Part shown: positions 7,617 to 10,860 of the stretch, piece after piece | Layout of the letters: the number at the start of each line of letters is the position of its first letter | Numbering within the stretch: position 1 is the first letter of the stretch | Assembly (NCBI GenBank): GCA_964549305.1 | Contig: CAZJVM010000023.1 | Location: 26,048 to 36,907 of the forward strand | DNA: 10,860 nucleotides | Direction of reading: 5' to 3' | DNA from: an uncultured bacterium | GTDB taxonomy: Bacteria; Schekmanbacteria; GWA2-38-11; J061 | Translations under genes and position numbers: made by a program | The notes under the pieces: generated by a model | What the model saw: the letters and a program-made list of their open reading frames with translations, nothing else | Database searches by the model: none | What the model was told of the DNA's origin: nothing

Positions 7617-7710
7617 CCTTAAAATATTTTTTCAATTAATAAGAATTTTAAAAGTCAAAAGCGCTTCTAAAAAAAAATAATTCAGAGAAATCAGGGAGAA
7701 AAAAGAAATT

Positions 7711-8889
7711 ATGAAGAGGGAACTTGAACTTAAATTATCGGAACGGCTGGATATGCTTCCGCCCTATCTTTTTGCCGAACTTGACAGACTGAAAGCCGAA
7801 GCAATATCAAGAGGCAAAGATGTTATCGACCTGGGTATCGGCGACCCCGACACCCCTACTCCCGCTCACATTATAGAAGCAATGAAAAAAGAATCCGAAA
7901 ATCCGGCAAATCACAGATATCCCTCATATGTGGGAATGTTGAATTTCAGGGAGTCCTGCGCAAAATGGATAAAAAAGCGTTTCGGCGCCGATTTCAATCC
8001 TCAAAGTGAAGTAATTTCATTAATAGGCGCTAAGGAAGCGGTGGCAAATCTTCCCTTTGCATTTATAAATCCGGGCGATATCGTGCTTATTCCCAATCCC
8101 GGCTACCCGGTTTATTTTTCAAGCACTATATTCAGCGGAGGCCAGCCTTACATAATGCCTCTTGTGGCGGAAAATAACTTCCTTCCCGATTTGGAATCCA
8201 TCCCCGGCGACGTACTCCACAAAGCCAGGCTTATGTTTTTAAATTATCCAAACAATCCCACATCGGTTACAGCCGATATTGATTTTTACAACAAGGCAGT
8301 TGAGTTTGCATACAAAAACAATATTATTATTTGCCACGATGCGGCATATTCTGAAATGTCCTTTGACGGATATAAAGCTCCTTCCATTTTCAATGCCGAA
8401 GGTGCCAGGGGCGTTTCAATCGAACTTCATTCCATGTCCAAAACCTACAATATGACCGGATGGAGAGTCGGTTTTGCCGTAGGCGGAGAGAAACTCATAA
8501 ATGGTTTTTCCAGGATTAAGACAAATGTCGATTCAGGCGTGTTTCAGGCAGTGCAGTATGCCGCAATAGAAGCCCTTGAAAACGGAGAAAAGGATATAGA
8601 GGCAATGAGCGCCGTTTACGGCGAACGAAGAAAAATAATGGAATCAGGGCTTTCAAAACTCGGATTTGAAATAGTCCCTACAAAGGCAACTTTTTACATG
8701 TGGGTTAAATGTCCGGCAAACTATGACTCAAAATCCTTCTCGGCAAAACTTCTTGAAGAATCGGCAATAGTGGCAACACCCGGCGTAGGTTTCGGAAAAC
8801 ACGGTGAGGGTTATTTTCGCATTGCCCTTACAAGCGGCAGTGAAAGGCTTCGCGAAGCCTGTGAGAGGTTTGAAAGTCTCAAATTATAA
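7711..8889 (+). CDS. dapL: PLP-dependent class I/II aminotransferase, most likely LL-diaminopimelate aminotransferase
   Basis: LPPYLFAELD...DVIDLGIGDPDTPTP, NHRYP, LIGAKE, PNPGYPVY, FLNYPNNPT, HDAAYSE, PLP-lysine motif SMSKTYNMTGWRVG, and KTNVDSGVF. This matches the ~390-aa LL-DAP-AT-like subgroup; substrate specificity is inferred. Confidence 0.8.
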   Translation: MKRELELKLSERLDMLPPYLFAELDRLKAEAISRGKDVIDLGIGDPDTPTPAHIIEAMKKESENPANHRYPSYVGMLNFRESCAKWIKKRFGADFNPQSEVISLIGAKEAVANLPFAFINPGDIVLIPNPGYPVYFSSTIFSGGQPYIMPLVAENNFLPDLESIPGDVLHKARLMFLNYPNNPTSVTADIDFYNKAVEFAYKNNIIICHDAAYSEMSFDGYKAPSIFNAEGARGVSIELHSMSKTYNMTGWRVGFAVGGEKLINGFSRIKTNVDSGVFQAVQYAAIEALENGEKDIEAMSAVYGERRKIMESGLSKLGFEIVPTKATFYMWVKCPANYDSKSFSAKLLEESAIVATPGVGFGKHGEGYFRIALTSGSERLREACERFESLKL

Positions 8890-8891
8890 AT

Positions 8892-9377
8892 ATGGCAAAG
8901 ATTTATCTGAGTCTTGGTTCCAATCTCGGTAACAGGCATAAAAACTTGCGCGATGCCATAGACATAATGGATAAACTGCCCCACATCTCAGTTAAAGCCG
9001 TGTCATCGTTATATCTCACCGAACCATCTGAAATGAAGAGCGATAACTGGTTTCTAAACTGCGCGGTTGAAATCGAATCCCTGTTATCCCCTTTTCAGCT
9101 TTTGAAGGCATTACAGAAAATTGAAAACGGCTTTGGAAGAAAGCGCGAAAAAGGGAAAGTCGCGGACAGAACAATGGATATTGATATTCTCATCTACGAA
9201 AATAAAATCATTGAAAGCGATTCGCTTAAAATACCCCACCCAAAAATGTGTGGAAGACGTTTTGCTCTGATACCTCTTTGCGAAATAGCGCCCGACTTGT
9301 TCCATCCCGAAGAGAAAAAAAATATTAGTTACTTGCTTACAAAGTGTAAAGATAGTAAAAAGGTCACCAAAGAATAA
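8892..9377 (+). CDS. folK: 2-amino-4-hydroxy-6-hydroxymethyldihydropteridine diphosphokinase (HPPK)
   Basis: YLSLGSNLG, SSLYLTEP, FLNCAV, IE..FGR.R, RTMDIDIL, IPHP...R.F.L.PL.EI. Starts 2 nt after the dapL stop. Confidence 0.96.
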   Translation: MAKIYLSLGSNLGNRHKNLRDAIDIMDKLPHISVKAVSSLYLTEPSEMKSDNWFLNCAVEIESLLSPFQLLKALQKIENGFGRKREKGKVADRTMDIDILIYENKIIESDSLKIPHPKMCGRRFALIPLCEIAPDLFHPEEKKNISYLLTKCKDSKKVTKE

Positions 9378-9404
9378 CGTAGTCAAACCTTTTCGGAAGA
9401 TATT

Positions 9405-10208
9405 ATGGCAAATGCCAAGATAAGAATTAAGACCCTTAAGGAGATGAAAAAAAGAAATGAAAAAATCTCCATGCTTACCGCCTATGATTATCAGTTTGCC
9501 CGCCTTATCGATGAAGCGGAAATAGAGGTAATACTTGTAGGCGACAGTTTAGGGAATGTAATTCTCGGCTATGAAAATACCATTCCAGTAACTATGGAGG
9601 ATATGCTTCATCACACCAAAGCGGTATCGCGGGGAAGAAAAAATGCCCTTCTCGTTGTAGATATGCCTTTTATGTCCTATCAGTTGAACTCTGAAACCGC
9701 TCTTACGAACGCTTCACGTTTTCTGAAAGAAGCAGGCGCTGAGGCAGTTAAACTCGAAGGAGGAGGAGAATGCGCGCAAACGGTAAGAAAACTTACTCAG
9801 GCGGGCATTCCAGTTATGTCCCATATCGGCCTTATGCCTCAGGCAGTGCATCGCATCGGCGGTTACGGCGTGCAGGGTAAAAAGGAAGAGGATGAGCAAA
9901 GGATTTTAAAGGATGCCAAAATTCTCGAAGAGGCAGGCGCATTTGCAGTTGTTCTTGAAAAAGTTCCGACACTTCTGGCAAAGAAAATTACTGAAAGCGT
10001 TTCCATCCCTACAATAGGAATAGGTGCCGGTCCCCATTGTGACGGTCAGGTACTTGTAATATACGATCTTCTCGGATTCGACGACACCTTCAAACCGCGC
10101 TTTCTCAAACAATACGCCAATATGAAGAGGGATATTATCAAAGCCGTCACGAGATTCAAAAAGGATATTAAAGAGAAAAAATTTCCCACAAAAAAACACG
10201 GATATTAA
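9405..10208 (+). CDS. panB: 3-methyl-2-oxobutanoate hydroxymethyltransferase (ketopantoate hydroxymethyltransferase)
   Basis: MLTAYD, LVGDSLG, DMPFMSY, AVKLEGG, HIGLMPQ, IPTIGIGAGPHCDGQVLV..DLLG, PRFLKQY. Confidence 0.97.
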   Translation: MANAKIRIKTLKEMKKRNEKISMLTAYDYQFARLIDEAEIEVILVGDSLGNVILGYENTIPVTMEDMLHHTKAVSRGRKNALLVVDMPFMSYQLNSETALTNASRFLKEAGAEAVKLEGGGECAQTVRKLTQAGIPVMSHIGLMPQAVHRIGGYGVQGKKEEDEQRILKDAKILEEAGAFAVVLEKVPTLLAKKITESVSIPTIGIGAGPHCDGQVLVIYDLLGFDDTFKPRFLKQYANMKRDIIKAVTRFKKDIKEKKFPTKKHGY

Positions 10209-10213
10209 AGGTT

Positions 10214-10860
10214 ATGAACATTACGAATATTATCAAATCACGAAGGAGTATTAGGGCGTTTCTTGACAAACCCTTAGACCGCGACATTATTAGCGAATGT
10301 CTCGAGGCAGCAATATGGGCGCCAAGCGCCACTAATCAGCAACCATGGGAATTTGCAGTTGTTACAGGAGATGAATTGACGAAAATATCCGATGATATAT
10401 CCGCAAATTTTGCCCAAAAAATGCAGGGTGAAAAATCCTTTCCGGAAGTGCCTGAAGAAAACCGGATAAGGCAGGAGGAAATATTTACAGCGATTGCCGA
10501 AGCTTCCGGGAAGGACGGAGTTGACGGAGCGACGATTTTTCAAAATAGTCTCGCCTTCTTCCACGCACCTTGCGCGGTATTTTTTTTAAGCTATAAGGAT
10601 TGTGACAATCAATGTCTTCTGAGCGTTGCCGCGGCAGTGGAAAACTTTCTAATCGCCGCGTCGTCAAAAGGCCTCGGGACCTGCTGGCTCGGCATTCCCC
10701 TTATTTGCGCCGACGACATAGCTTCCGCCCTGAAACTTTCCGCCGGCAAGGAGATAATCGCCGCAGTTGCAGTTGGATATCCCGATAACACGAAAAACCT
10801 GAACCTCTTTCAGAGGCAAAGAGTTCCCGTTGAGAAACTCACAAAGTGGTATGGGTTTGA
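10214..10860 (+). CDS. Nitroreductase-family (FMN-dependent NAD(P)H oxidoreductase) protein, 3'-truncated
   Basis: Translated by hand, as it is missing from the ORF track because no stop falls in the window. ATG at 10214, 5 nt after the panB stop: MNITNIIKSRRSIRAFLDKP...AAIWAPSATNQQPWEFAVV...FFHAPCAVF...SVAAAVENFLIAASSKGLGTCWLG...IAAVAVGYPD...RQRVPVEKLTKWYGF. No in-frame stop over 215 codons. RRSIR, APS..N.QPW, GLGTCW and GYP are nitroreductase hallmarks. Confidence 0.93.
   Translation, partial: MNITNIIKSRRSIRAFLDKPLDRDIISECLEAAIWAPSATNQQPWEFAVVTGDELTKISDDISANFAQKMQGEKSFPEVPEENRIRQEEIFTAIAEASGKDGVDGATIFQNSLAFFHAPCAVFFLSYKDCDNQCLLSVAAAVENFLIAASSKGLGTCWLGIPLICADDIASALKLSAGKEIIAAVAVGYPDNTKNLNLFQRQRVPVEKLTKWYGF

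Noticed and set aside
7617..7710. Riboswitch (e.g. lysine) or T-box leader upstream of dapL or gltX
   Set aside because: The leader is only about 90 nt, extremely A/T-rich, and has no GC-paired stems or recognisable conserved motifs.
9111..10199. - strand ORFs inside folK and panB
   Set aside because: Antisense shadows of conserved genes with no independent support.
10274..10791. Three - strand ORFs (10274-10564, 10485-10667, 10609-10791) that the track offers as the only content of the 3' end
   Set aside because: They are antisense to the clear nitroreductase frame starting at 10214.

Overview
Core-genome window from a moderately AT-rich diderm bacterium (it encodes LolA; the protein style suggests Desulfobacterota/Nitrospinota-like lineages, but that is only an impression). 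On +: a 5'-truncated dksA with a long Lys/Ala/Ser/Thr-rich N-terminal tail, then a 92-aa membrane protein of unknown function with its own predicted promoter. On -: a tightly packed cluster gltX > YfgM-like TPR membrane protein > scpA > lolA > rseP (three PDZ domains) > ispG. Divergently on +, behind a near-consensus sigma70 promoter: dapL-type aminotransferase > folK > panB > a nitroreductase that runs off the 3' end and is absent from the supplied ORF track. I found no mobile element, CRISPR array, tRNA/rRNA or defence gene, and no convincing novel multi-gene system. The best leads are modest: a nitroreductase directly after folK-panB, scpA without adjacent scpB, a three-PDZ RseP with a lengthened metal-ligand motif, the histone-like DksA tail, the small membrane protein, and a possible CTG start for ispG.
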